Part shown: positions 27,722 to 37,008 of the stretch, one piece after another
Layout: each line of letters opens with the position of its first letter
How positions within the stretch are numbered: the first letter of the stretch is position 1
DNA from: Candidatus Norongarragalina meridionalis
Lineage (GTDB): Archaea; Micrarchaeota; Micrarchaeia; Norongarragalinales; Norongarragalinaceae
DNA length: 64,000 nucleotides
Direction: 5' to 3'
Assembly: GCA_902384935.1 (NCBI GenBank)
Contig: CABMDO010000013.1
Span: forward strand, 4,370 to 68,369
Position numbers and translations under genes: made by a program
Notes under the pieces: generated by a model
Databases searched by the model: none
Told to the model about the DNA's origin: nothing
What the model saw: only the letters and a program-made list of their open reading frames with translations

Positions 27722-28912
27722 TCAGCACTTTTCTTCAGTTTCTTTTCTCTGATTTAGGTTCCCTACCGCGACATTATGCCCGCCGTCGGTCTTGCATACC
27801 GCGACATACGCACCGATATCCCGTTTAGCGGTTATGCCGGTTTCCCCGCAGCTGAGAATTTCTCCGCATAAGCCGTCCTCTACCGCGACAACTTTGAAAC
27901 CCAGATCCCCTAATTCCGTCGTAGTGTTTTCCAGAAACAGAACGCGGGTTTCCGCGGTTCCGTTCGTCCTGTCCGCCTGGCGCGCCGCATTCGCGATAAT
28001 CCATTTCGGATTTCCCGTTTTGTCCGCGCAGTCCATCAGCAGCCTCAGCAGCACCGCCTTGTCCTCGTCGCGGCTGCGCTGCCGGGCGTATTCCAGATCG
28101 TAGTTCAGGAAGCCCTTGCATGCCGTCAGGTCCGCGCCGGCCAGTGCGCCTTCCATGAACCCGACGTGTTCCTTAAGTTCCGTCGTGCCGTCGAAGAAGT
28201 AATCTCCGTAGCGGGAGTTCATAATAGTGTCCGCGTATTCGTAATTTCCAGCTTCGAGCACGGAGTACGCCATTGATACGTTGTAGTAAAGAATCGTCAT
28301 CTTTTCGTTGTCATTTTTCCCCCAAACCCACAACGCCTTGGTAATCGGGTCTGAAGTTTTCAAGTGGTCTATGTAAGCGTCTGCTTCCGCGCTTTTCTCG
28401 GCGACGTTGTTCGCGAGAAGCCTCAGCGATTCCGCGTCGGTCAGAGGGGTAACCGTCAAGTTGTTGAACCTGTTCGCTGGAGCGCGCGCGAACGAAACGC
28501 CGCAACGCCCGCCCGCGCAGGAAACCGAAAAGTCCCAGTGCGCCTTCTCGTTGAAACGGACGCGGCTTCCTCCCCAGTCTTCGGAGCACTCGATGGCAGC
28601 ATCCGTCGGGCACGAAAACGAAACGGTTACGTTGCGTGCAAGAACGGGAAAAACTTCCAGTTCCCTGTAATCGGCATTTTGGAAATTCATCGTCAGTTCT
28701 GTGCCGCGCCATGTGCCTTCCCTGAACTCCGCGCCGGAAAGCGTCTGAGTCTCGCCCGTTATCGCGGCTCTCTCAAGCGCCTTCGTAAGCAAGGTGCCGC
28801 CGTCCTGCGATGGATAGTTAATGTCGGACGTCTCCCTTTCGACGTAAATCCACGCGCCGAGCAGCGCGACGATTAATGCGACTAAAATCAGTTCCTTCCA
28901 GTGCTTAGCCAC
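27722..28912 (-). CDS. Hypothetical secreted/membrane-anchored protein (N-terminal signal anchor, multiple Cys)
   Basis: MAKHWKELILVALIVALLGAWIYV N-terminal helix. 396 aa with no recognisable catalytic motif. Confidence 0.45.
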   Translation of the reverse strand: MAKHWKELILVALIVALLGAWIYVERETSDINYPSQDGGTLLTKALERAAITGETQTLSGAEFREGTWRGTELTMNFQNADYRELEVFPVLARNVTVSFSCPTDAAIECSEDWGGSRVRFNEKAHWDFSVSCAGGRCGVSFARAPANRFNNLTVTPLTDAESLRLLANNVAEKSAEADAYIDHLKTSDPITKALWVWGKNDNEKMTILYYNVSMAYSVLEAGNYEYADTIMNSRYGDYFFDGTTELKEHVGFMEGALAGADLTACKGFLNYDLEYARQRSRDEDKAVLLRLLMDCADKTGNPKWIIANAARQADRTNGTAETRVLFLENTTTELGDLGFKVVAVEDGLCGEILSCGETGITAKRDIGAYVAVCKTDGGHNVAVGNLNQRKETEEKC

Positions 28913-28936
28913 GAAAGGCGGACGCCGCTGCGCTTA

Positions 28937-29350
28937 TTATTTCTTGGCTTCCGCAGCCGCGGGCTTCGCTTCCTTGGGCTTCGGAACGAATCCGAGGTCC
29001 GCGAGCGCCTTGGAACCCGCTTCGGCAATCTTCGCGTTGAGCTGCATCGTGTGCTCCCCGACGGTGTTGCCCACGACGGTTTTCTTGATTTTCTGGCCGC
29101 GCTTCAAGCCGCGCACTCCCGAACCGCCGCCGATAATAGCCTTCGTCTTGCGCATTCCCTTTACGTCCTTGCGCATGGGCGTTCCCTCGCGGTTGCTTCC
29201 GCCGGTTATTTCGAGCGTGTAGCCCTCGAGCCCGACGATTCCGCCGTCGAACTTGTCGCCGATGGCTTTGCCGTAGAGTTGGGACTCCTTCGCCTTCTCG
29301 ATTTCCTTCTGGAAGGAATGTCCGCCTTTTTCGCCGAATACAATCTTCAT
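28937..29350 (-). CDS. rps6e: 30S ribosomal protein S6e
   Basis: MKIVFGEKGG...GIVGLEGYTLEITGGSNREGTPMRKDV...TVVGNT matches archaeal S6e. Start chosen at MKIV (29348-29350). Confidence 0.8.
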   Translation of the reverse strand: MKIVFGEKGGHSFQKEIEKAKESQLYGKAIGDKFDGGIVGLEGYTLEITGGSNREGTPMRKDVKGMRKTKAIIGGGSGVRGLKRGQKIKKTVVGNTVGEHTMQLNAKIAEAGSKALADLGFVPKPKEAKPAAAEAKK

Positions 29351-29394
29351 GAAATCACCTTTCACCCGATGCATTCCTTACGGAATGCATCCAT

Positions 29395-29997
29395 TTAAGC
29401 TTCAAAATCCTCCGGCTTGTAAGCGTAGTCCTCGTCGGAAGCGAGCGCGCCCTTTGCGCGCAGAACTTCGCGCGCCATTATCCAGAACAACAGCGCTATT
29501 GCCTTGCGTCCCTTGTTGTTCGTGGGAACTACGAGGTCGATGTACTTCGTGCCGTTGTTGGTGTCGCAGAGCGCGATCACCGGCATGTTCGCCGTGAACG
29601 CCTCGCGCACCGCCTGCTTGTCTATGCCGGGGTCCACTACGAGAACGAGAGACGGCTCCGCGAAGTCCTTGCGCGACGGGTTCGTCAATCTTCCGGGCGC
29701 GAATCTGCCCGCCATGGGCACGCAACCCGTAATCTCGCAGAACAGTTCGATGGCGTGCTTCGCGTTGTCCTTGCTTCCTATGATCGCGATCTCTTTGGGG
29801 TCGTATCTCGAGAGCAGGTTCACCGCCATGTGCAGCCTTTCGTCGAGTTTCTTCAAATCGATGACGTGCAGTCCGTCCTCGCGCGCGCGATAGATGTACT
29901 GCCTCATCGAGCCGTTTTTCAAGCGGGTGCCTATGTGCACTCCCGCGCTCAGGTACGTCTCCTGCGGAACGTAAAGCTCCATCTCCTTATTCACCAC
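29395..29997 (-). CDS. rps2: 30S ribosomal protein S2 (uS2)
   Basis: YLSAGVHIGT...IIGSKDNAK...VVDPGIDKQAVREA...PVIALCDTN, typical archaeal uS2. Confidence 0.85.
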   Translation of the reverse strand: MVNKEMELYVPQETYLSAGVHIGTRLKNGSMRQYIYRAREDGLHVIDLKKLDERLHMAVNLLSRYDPKEIAIIGSKDNAKHAIELFCEITGCVPMAGRFAPGRLTNPSRKDFAEPSLVLVVDPGIDKQAVREAFTANMPVIALCDTNNGTKYIDLVVPTNNKGRKAIALLFWIMAREVLRAKGALASDEDYAYKPEDFEA

Positions 29998-30084
29998 ACA
30001 AAACCGCGCAAAGAAGAAAAGCGGTGTCGTTAGTCTTCGCGCACCAGGCGCACGAAGCCGTAGTTATTCCGCCTTTCCGCCTTA

Positions 30085-30654
30085 TTAAACGTGACGCTTA
30101 GACGCGGCGGAGAGCACGTCGGACTTCGTGATTATCCCCGCGATTTTCCCGCGTTTCGTGACGAGCACGGCCTTTTCATGCATGAGAAGCGCGACAACTG
30201 CCTGCAGCGGCACCGCCTCGTCCACCTGCGGGAACGGCGGCGCCATTATCGCTGCCACTGTTTCGGAAGAGAGGTCCGCGCCCTTTTCCACCCGCGCAAG
30301 AACGTCCTCCTCGCTCAGGCTTCCTACGGCGCGCTCTCCCTCGAGCACCGGAAGCTGTGAAACGCCCTTTTTTCCCATGAGCGAAACCGCCTTTGATGCC
30401 TTCTCGTGCGGCGCGACGACGCACAGCCGCCTGCTCATCGCGTCCGACGCCTTCAAACCCGTGGCATGCTCCTTCTCGTCGAGCACGTCCAGCAGCCGCT
30501 TCACGCGCGAATACGACGCGTCGCTTGTTCCCGCCTCGAGCTTCGCGACCAGGGACTGACTCACTCCCGCCTCCTTCGCAAGCTCAGACTGCGTCATGCC
30601 CAGCACCGCGCGCCGCCTTCGTATCGCCGCAGTTTCCGCGTCCATATATTCCAA
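30085..30654 (-). CDS. HTH (XRE-type) + CBS-pair transcriptional regulator
   Basis: N-terminal HTH LGMTQSELAKEAGVSQSLVAKLE, followed by two CBS-like segments. Confidence 0.65.
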   Translation of the reverse strand: MEYMDAETAAIRRRRAVLGMTQSELAKEAGVSQSLVAKLEAGTSDASYSRVKRLLDVLDEKEHATGLKASDAMSRRLCVVAPHEKASKAVSLMGKKGVSQLPVLEGERAVGSLSEEDVLARVEKGADLSSETVAAIMAPPFPQVDEAVPLQAVVALLMHEKAVLVTKRGKIAGIITKSDVLSAASKRHV

Positions 30655-31625
30655 TCATAATAATTACGACAGAAAAATATTTATACCTTTGTAACGTGTT
30701 TAATCTATGTTTGCTCCTAATATCGGCAAAGAGTACATCGAGCCTGCTGAGCATAGCGTTTGTAAGAGCGACTGCCAAGATTTCATTCGTGACAAGTTCG
30801 GCTTGATTTCGCAGCGCGAGATGGCGCGCAGGCTAGGACTTGGAAAAACTACGGTAAACCGTTGGGCTGAAGAAATAGGTTGCAAGTTCGTTAAAAACTC
30901 TGTCGACGATGCATTCTTCGATTCCTGGTCGGAAGAATCCGCCTACGTTTTCGGTTTCATTATTTCTGATGGAAATGTTTGTTGGAATCCCCGCAAGTCG
31001 TACTGGACGCTCACGATAACCGCTTCGGAAAAGGATGTTTCCCACCTAGAAAAACTGCGTTCGTTGCTGGACTCCACAAAGCCGCTTCTTTACTCCCTGG
31101 AAACCAAGTCCTATCGTTTGATGGCGACTAACAAACGTCTATGCAAAAAACTTATGCATTTGGGCGTCTTGCCCAGAAAGTCGTTGACGGTAAGATTCCC
31201 GAAAATTCCAAAAGCATTCCTTAAGGATTTTCTGCGGGGCGTGATAGACGGAGACGGGAATGTCCGTTACGTGAAAAGAAAACGGAGCCCTTATTTCGAG
31301 ATAACGATAGCTTCGGGTTCCAAAGAATTCTGCGAGGGACTTATTGCCGCCATAAAAAGAAATTATGGAATACCTGCAAATGTTCGTAGGGCGCACGGAC
31401 ACACCTACGTAGTTCAGTATTGCTGTTCCCGCGGCGAAAAACTTGCGGAAATAATTTATTCTAACGCGACTGTATTTCTCGAAAGAAAGTACGTCGCTTT
31501 TGATGAAGCAAAGAAAAAGAGGTGTAAGCATGGCTGAAAAAAAGTTTTTCACGTCTGAGTCAGTCACCGAAGGTCACCCGGACAAAATTCCCGAATGATT
31601 TATTCGTTCGAGGATGTCTAAAATT
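30655..31625 (+). mobile_element. AT-rich island carrying a free-standing LAGLIDADG homing endonuclease gene and the disrupted 5' end of metK
   Basis: Marked drop in GC relative to the flanks. Contains the HE ORF and a 36-nt insertion in metK flanked by AAAATT direct repeats. Confidence 0.5.
30707..31537 (+). CDS. Double-motif LAGLIDADG homing endonuclease with N-terminal HTH
   Basis: Motif 1 YVFGFIISDGNV, motif 2 FLRGVIDGDGNV. N-terminal HTH (REMARRLGLGKTTVNRWAEE). AT-rich codon usage unlike its neighbours. The stop overlaps the metK ATG. Confidence 0.75.
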   Translation: MFAPNIGKEYIEPAEHSVCKSDCQDFIRDKFGLISQREMARRLGLGKTTVNRWAEEIGCKFVKNSVDDAFFDSWSEESAYVFGFIISDGNVCWNPRKSYWTLTITASEKDVSHLEKLRSLLDSTKPLLYSLETKSYRLMATNKRLCKKLMHLGVLPRKSLTVRFPKIPKAFLKDFLRGVIDGDGNVRYVKRKRSPYFEITIASGSKEFCEGLIAAIKRNYGIPANVRRAHGHTYVVQYCCSRGEKLAEIIYSNATVFLERKYVAFDEAKKKRCKHG

Positions 31626-32723
31626 TGTGACCAGGTGAGCGACGCGATACTTGATGCGATGCTGGCGAAGGACCCTGACGCGCGCGTCGCGGTGGAATGC
31701 ATGACCACCACGGGCTCGCTGATGATGGCGGGCGAAGTCACCACCAACTGTTACGTGGATATCCCGCACATCGCGCGCGAAACCTTGCGCGACATAGGCT
31801 ACACCGATCCGGAGTTCGGGCTCGACTGCAACGACTGCGGCGTCTGGACGAGCATCCACGAGCAGTCCCGCAACATCGCCGTAGGCGTCGACTCTTCGGC
31901 GAAGAAGGAACAGGGTGCGGGGGACCAGGGCATGATGTTCGGGTTCGCGTGCAACGAAACCAAGGAGCTGATGCCGCTTCCCATATCGCTCGCGCACAAG
32001 CTGACGCACCGCCTGGCGGAGGTGCGCAAGAAGAAAATCCTGGATTGGGTGCGGCCCGACGGAAAGTCGCAGGTTACCGTTGAATACGAAAATGGAAAGC
32101 CGACGCGCGTCGACGCGATAGTAATCGCGGTTCATCATAATCCTTCCGTGTCGCGCGAGAAAATAGTCGCCGACGTGATGGAGCACGTCATAAAGCCGGT
32201 TTGCGGCAATCTCGTCGACGGAAACACGAAATACTTCATCAATGCAACCGGGGTATTCGCAGTTGGCGGGCCCGAGGCGGACACGGGAGTGACGGGGCGC
32301 AAGATAATCGTGGATACTTATGGGGGAATGGGCAGGCACGGCGGAGGATGCTTCAGCGGCAAGGATCCGAGCAAAGTCGATCGCTCGGCTGCGTACGCGG
32401 CGCGCTACATCGCGAAGAACATAGTCGCGGCGGGATTGGCTGAAAAGTGCGAGGTGCAGCTTTCGTACAGCATAGGCGTCGCGGAGCCCGTGAGCGTGCG
32501 CGTGGAATGCTTCGGCACCAACAAGGTTTCCGAAGACAAGCTCTCGGAACTCATACGCAGGCACTTCCCGCTCAAGCCGGCGGACATAATCAGCCAACTG
32601 AAGCTCAAGCGGCCGATTTACCGGAAAACCGCGGCGTACGGGCACTTCGGACGCGAGGATCCCGACTTCACGTGGGAGAAAACCGACAAGGCGGAAGCGC
32701 TCAGGAAGGAAGCCGGGGTTTAG
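31530..32723 (+). CDS. metK: S-adenosylmethionine synthetase, bacterial MetK type, interrupted by an in-frame TGA at 31596-31598 (36-nt insertion); the main ORF restarts at 31614
   Basis: N-terminal exon-like piece [20 protein letters not shown] (31530-31589) matches the MetK N-terminus. After the insertion, [13 protein letters not shown]...[12 protein letters not shown]...[34 protein letters not shown] continues in the same frame. Removing 31590-31625 restores a contiguous MetK. Confidence 0.7.
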
Positions 32724-32758
32724 CGATAGTTTTTAAGCAAGCCGCGTTTTTTTTGTTT

Positions 32759-34381
32759 ATGCGGCTTCAGGTTTTTCTAGCGTTCGCACTTCTGGCGCCA
32801 TTACTGTACGGCGCGGATCTCGAGCCGAAGATGACGGGTTCCGCGCATTTCGGCGTCTCGCTTTCCTGGGTCATGCACGCTTCGGAAGGTTTCCGCGGAA
32901 CCGCGCGCTTCTCGACGTTCGCGTTTTCCGAGACGCCCTACCAGAACGCGCAGTTCCGCATCCCGCAGCAATATTCCGAGGAGACCGACTCCTTCGGGAA
33001 CAAGCGCATCGCCTTTTCGTGGAATCCGGAACCCGGCAATCCGCAGAAATTCGAGATGTTCGCGGATGTTTCCGTCGACTATTCGCAGGAACTGGAGCGC
33101 ATCGCGGAGCAGAATCCCGCGTACCTGCAGCAGAGCGAGTTCGTGATTCTGGACGGCGAGGCGGCGTCCCAGGCGCTGGAAATCGTAGGCGACGCGCCGA
33201 CGCGCTTCGAGAAGGCGGTGCGGCTCGCCGACTGGGTTTACAACAACGTCGAGTACGACGTGGCGTACTGGGACCGGCAGGAGAATTCCAGCACGGTGCT
33301 GAAGATACGGCGCGGCGTGTGCGACGAGAAGAGCCACCTGCTCATGGCGTTCCTGCGCAGCGTGGGCATACCCTCGCGCATGGCAGCGGGTTTCGTCTAT
33401 TCCGGCAAGTCGTGGGGTCCGCACGCGTGGGTGGAGGCGGACTTGGGCGACGGATTCTGGACGCCGATAGACGCAACGTTCAACGAGTTCCGCGTCATAG
33501 ACGCAACGCACCTGCGCTTCGCCGTAGGACGCGACCAGGGCGATATAGCGGAGGAGCTTACCGAGGGGCTGCTGCTCCAGAAACCCGCGCCTTCGTTCGA
33601 CGTGGAATCGCAATCCAATTTCAACAGCCTCGCCTATTCGCTGAAGTTCTCGACGGTTCCGAAGCGCGTAGGCCCCGGTTCTTCCGAGAAAGTGGCGGTT
33701 GAAATCCAGAGCACGTCCGCATTCCCGCAGGCGGTGCCCGTTTCGCTGGCGGCGCCGCAATCTCCTGCGGAACTGGCGGTGCGCGTCACCGACGCGGCAT
33801 CCCGGCTCGTATACCTTCCGCCGAACGGCGACGCGAAGGAGGAGTGGAATCTGGTTTTCCCGACCGCGCTGCAGCCCAGTTACGTCTACAATTTCACGCT
33901 CGAGGCGTCAACGATGGGTTCGCGCTTATACGCAGTTGTGGAAGGAAGGCGCGACGCCCCGGTTTCCTACTCGCAGGAGGTTTCCATCGAAAAGCTCGAA
34001 TCCGAACTCAAGGACGGAATGTTCGTGCTCAGCGCGGTGATTCGCAACCGCGGAAACGTGCAGGCGAACCCCAACGTAATATGCGTGCTCGGCGACGTGT
34101 CGCAGAGCAGCGTGGTTCCGCTCACGCCGGGAGAGGAGCGCGCCGTGCAATTCGCATTTCCCGCGCCGAACGCCACCAGCGTTTCGGGCAAGGTTCGGGT
34201 TGTTTCGGGAACGCAGGTGACGGAACAGCCGTTCGTTTCCTCCATCACGCAGGAATCGGTTATCTACGAGCGCCCGACGAACGACGAGCGCCCCGTCGTA
34301 GTCGCGGTGCTCGCCATAATAGTCGTATTGCTCACGCTATTTTTCCTGAAGAAGCTGCGGCTGCCTTATCGGCCTTTATAA
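32759..34381 (+). CDS. Membrane-anchored transglutaminase-like cysteine protease domain protein
   Basis: Signal peptide MRLQVFLAFALLAPLLYGA. Transglutaminase-like core GVCDEKSHLLMAFLRSVGIPSR...HAWVEADL...WTPIDAT (Cys/His/Asp triad). C-terminal TM helix and basic tail. The track extension to 32447 is rejected. Confidence 0.65.
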   Translation: MRLQVFLAFALLAPLLYGADLEPKMTGSAHFGVSLSWVMHASEGFRGTARFSTFAFSETPYQNAQFRIPQQYSEETDSFGNKRIAFSWNPEPGNPQKFEMFADVSVDYSQELERIAEQNPAYLQQSEFVILDGEAASQALEIVGDAPTRFEKAVRLADWVYNNVEYDVAYWDRQENSSTVLKIRRGVCDEKSHLLMAFLRSVGIPSRMAAGFVYSGKSWGPHAWVEADLGDGFWTPIDATFNEFRVIDATHLRFAVGRDQGDIAEELTEGLLLQKPAPSFDVESQSNFNSLAYSLKFSTVPKRVGPGSSEKVAVEIQSTSAFPQAVPVSLAAPQSPAELAVRVTDAASRLVYLPPNGDAKEEWNLVFPTALQPSYVYNFTLEASTMGSRLYAVVEGRRDAPVSYSQEVSIEKLESELKDGMFVLSAVIRNRGNVQANPNVICVLGDVSQSSVVPLTPGEERAVQFAFPAPNATSVSGKVRVVSGTQVTEQPFVSSITQESVIYERPTNDERPVVVAVLAIIVVLLTLFFLKKLRLPYRPL

Positions 34382-34388
34382 AAAAGAG

Positions 34389-34481
34389 TGCGACGGCCGG
34401 GATTTGAACCCGGGTTGCGAGATATTTGCGAGATTTCGCCTCTTGGCAATCTCGCGTCCTACCAGGCTAGACTACCGTCGC
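34389..34481 (-). tRNA. tRNA-Gly (anticodon GCC) with an approximately 20-nt intron at the canonical 37/38 position
   Basis: Minus strand: acceptor GCGACGG/CCGTCGC, D arm GTCT-AGCCTGGTA-GGAC, anticodon stem CGAGA...TCTCG with loop TTGCCA | intron (about AGAGGCGAAATCTCGCAAAT) | A. 4-nt variable CAAC, T arm CCGGG-TTCAAAT-CCCGG, discriminator A, downstream T-tract. Confidence 0.7.
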
Positions 34482-34521
34482 GCGGAAGGGAATTTGGATG
34501 CGCGCTTATAAAACGCTTTTC

Positions 34522-35526
34522 TTAGAGCGAAATTTTCTCGCGCTTCCCGCTCTGCGCCGCCTTCACCGCGGCTTCCGACGCCGCTATTGCGTAGAGCCCG
34601 TCCAGCGCCGTAACCATGGGTTCGGTTTTCTTCTCAACTGAACGCAGGAACGACTGCAGTTCCAGCCGCAGTGGCTCGTCTTTTTGTATGAAGAGCTTCA
34701 ATTCGTTGCCTCGCCCCGCTCTCGCGGTGAGCTCGTTGAACGTCTTGAATTCCGTGTACTGCTTCGGGATGGAGTCGAGCTTGTTTATGGTGAGTTCCTG
34801 CGCAGTGAAATCGAGATGCGCCGTCCCCTCCAATCCTATCACGAAAAGCTCGCGCGTTTTTATCGGCGCGACCCGGTTCGCCTCCACCGTCGCATCGAAA
34901 CCCTCGTACTCGAAAATAGCCGAGCACAAGTCGTTGCTCTCCTTGTCCAGGATTTTGCGTTCGTGCGCGAGCACCGTCTTGGGGCGCTTGCCGGTCAGGA
35001 ATGTAAGGACGTCGATGTCGTGAACCGCCTGGTCGAAGAACGCGTCGCCGAGTTTCGCGGGCGTCGGGATTCCGAACCTGTGGGCAGTCGCGTAAACGAC
35101 GCGTCCGAGCATGCCGATATGCTCACGGAGCGCGAGCACCGCGGGGTTGAAGCGTTCGACGTGCCCCACTTGGAGCGTTATCTTCTTCTCGGAAGCGCGC
35201 GCCATGAGCTTCGCGCCCGACTTCAAGTCGTCGGTTATCGGTTTTTCCACCAGCAGTGAAACGCCCTTTTCCATCAGTTCGTTCGCAACGGCGAAATGCA
35301 AATGCGTGGGCACCGCGACCGTAGCCGCCTGCGGTTCGTGGACAAGCGCTTCGCGTATCGATGAAAAGCACTCCGCCTTCTCGAAGTTCCTTTCGGCTAC
35401 TTTCTGGCGCGACTCTTCCGACGGGTCGACGACGAGCACCCTCTCCACGTTCGGAAGCTCGTTGTAGACGCGGACGTGGTGCCTTCCCATGTTTCCCGCG
35501 CCGACGACCATTACGGTGAATTCCAT
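34522..35526 (-). CDS. Gfo/Idh/MocA-family NAD(P)-dependent oxidoreductase
   Basis: Rossmann N-terminus MVVGAGNMGRHH and an EKP motif (LLVEKPI). 334 aa. Confidence 0.7.
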   Translation of the reverse strand: MEFTVMVVGAGNMGRHHVRVYNELPNVERVLVVDPSEESRQKVAERNFEKAECFSSIREALVHEPQAATVAVPTHLHFAVANELMEKGVSLLVEKPITDDLKSGAKLMARASEKKITLQVGHVERFNPAVLALREHIGMLGRVVYATAHRFGIPTPAKLGDAFFDQAVHDIDVLTFLTGKRPKTVLAHERKILDKESNDLCSAIFEYEGFDATVEANRVAPIKTRELFVIGLEGTAHLDFTAQELTINKLDSIPKQYTEFKTFNELTARAGRGNELKLFIQKDEPLRLELQSFLRSVEKKTEPMVTALDGLYAIAASEAAVKAAQSGKREKISL

Positions 35527-35530
35527 ATAA

Positions 35531-36937
35531 TCAACCCTTTATCACGCCCATCGGGACGAAACGGGCAACTATCTTACACAATCCCGCCTTTTCAACGCTG
35601 CGGACGACCGCGTCAACGTCCTTGTACGCCCCGCCCGCTTCTTCGGCGAGTATTTGCGGCTCCATCGACTTCACCGCCACGCCTTCGGCTTCCATTTTTT
35701 TCTGCACGTCGGTTCCGCGGAACGCGCGCAGCGCCTCGTGCCTGCTCATCGTCCGTCCCGCTCCGTGGCACGTTGAACCGAAAGTTTCCGCCGCTCCTTC
35801 GAGCCCGCACAGCAGGTAGGACGCCGTATTCATGCTGCCGGGAATAATGACCGGTTGCCCGACGTTACGGTATGCCGTCGGAATCTCCTTCCTGCCCTTC
35901 CAGAAGGCGCGCGTCGCTCCCTTGCGATGCACGCAAACCTTTTTCCCGCCGTGCTCCTCGATTTTCGCGATGTTGTGGCACACGTCGTAAACAAGCTGGA
36001 ATCCCATCGCGTCCCAAGATTTTTTCATCACCGAGGCGAAGGATTCGCGCACCCAGTGCGTCATCACCTGGCGGTTGCAGAAAGCGTAATTCACCGCGCT
36101 GTTCATCGCGCCCATGTAATTGCGGGCTTCCTCGCTGTTGAGCGGCGCGCAGCATAACTCGCGGTCTGGAAGCGAAATCTTGTACTTCTCGGCTACGCCG
36201 AGCATCGTGCGTATGTAATCGTCGCACACCTGGTGCCCGTAGCCGCGCGAACCCGAGTGGATCATCACCGTTACTTGCCCCTCGCCGGTTATCCCGAACG
36301 CTTTCGCGATGTCGGCGTCGAACACTTTATCCACGCGCTGAATCTCGACGAAGTGGTTGCCGCTTCCGAGCGTTCCGAACTGCGGTGCGCCTCTTTTTTT
36401 AGCCATGTCGCTAGCCTTCGAGAAGTCGGCGCCTTTCATGCACCCGTTTTCCTCGCAGTGCTCTATGTCCGCCGCCACGCCGTATCCTTTCTCAACCGCC
36501 CACGCCGCGCCCTGCGTCACCGCCTCGCCGAGCTGCTTCGTATCGAGCCGAATCTTGCTCTTGCTCCCCACGCCCGACGGTATGTTGCCGAAAAGCGTCT
36601 GGACGAGTTCGTGCGCGTGGGGTTTGACGTCTTCGGCTTTCAATTCCGTTCGTAACAGTCGCACGCCGCAGTTGATGTCGTATCCCACGCCGCCGGGAGA
36701 TATCACGCCGGCTTCCATGCCGAACGCCGCGACGCCTCCTATCGGAAAGCCGTATCCCTCATGCCCGTCTGGCATCACCAGCGCGGCTCCGACTATGCCC
36801 GGAAGCTTCGAAACGTTTTCCGCCTGCCCTATGGTGCGGTCGCCCTTCATTTTTTCGAAAAGCGCCTCCTCGGCGTAGACGCGTACGCTCCCGTCGGTAG
36901 TTTCGAATACGGCGTCGCGCTTTTTCACGAATTCCAA
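35531..36937 (-). CDS. rtcB: RNA-splicing ligase RtcB (tRNA ligase)
   Basis: 468 aa. Conserved GYDINCG, metal-binding His residues and HGAGR motif (CHGAGRTMSRHEA). Confidence 0.85.
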   Translation of the reverse strand: MEFVKKRDAVFETTDGSVRVYAEEALFEKMKGDRTIGQAENVSKLPGIVGAALVMPDGHEGYGFPIGGVAAFGMEAGVISPGGVGYDINCGVRLLRTELKAEDVKPHAHELVQTLFGNIPSGVGSKSKIRLDTKQLGEAVTQGAAWAVEKGYGVAADIEHCEENGCMKGADFSKASDMAKKRGAPQFGTLGSGNHFVEIQRVDKVFDADIAKAFGITGEGQVTVMIHSGSRGYGHQVCDDYIRTMLGVAEKYKISLPDRELCCAPLNSEEARNYMGAMNSAVNYAFCNRQVMTHWVRESFASVMKKSWDAMGFQLVYDVCHNIAKIEEHGGKKVCVHRKGATRAFWKGRKEIPTAYRNVGQPVIIPGSMNTASYLLCGLEGAAETFGSTCHGAGRTMSRHEALRAFRGTDVQKKMEAEGVAVKSMEPQILAEEAGGAYKDVDAVVRSVEKAGLCKIVARFVPMGVIKG

Positions 36938-37008
36938 ATAAATCCCCTTCCATTATTCAACGCGCGGCTTTTTTAATGCGTTTCCCTTAAAACGTTAAAG
37001 GTGGGTTT

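Noticed and set aside
31560-32645. 361-aa minus-strand ORF antisense to metK
   Set aside because: metK motifs are on the + strand. The antisense product is Arg-rich with no motifs.
32801-33760. 319-aa minus-strand ORF antisense to the transglutaminase-like gene
   Set aside because: The + strand has a Cys-His-Asp transglutaminase core plus signal peptide. The antisense is Arg-rich.
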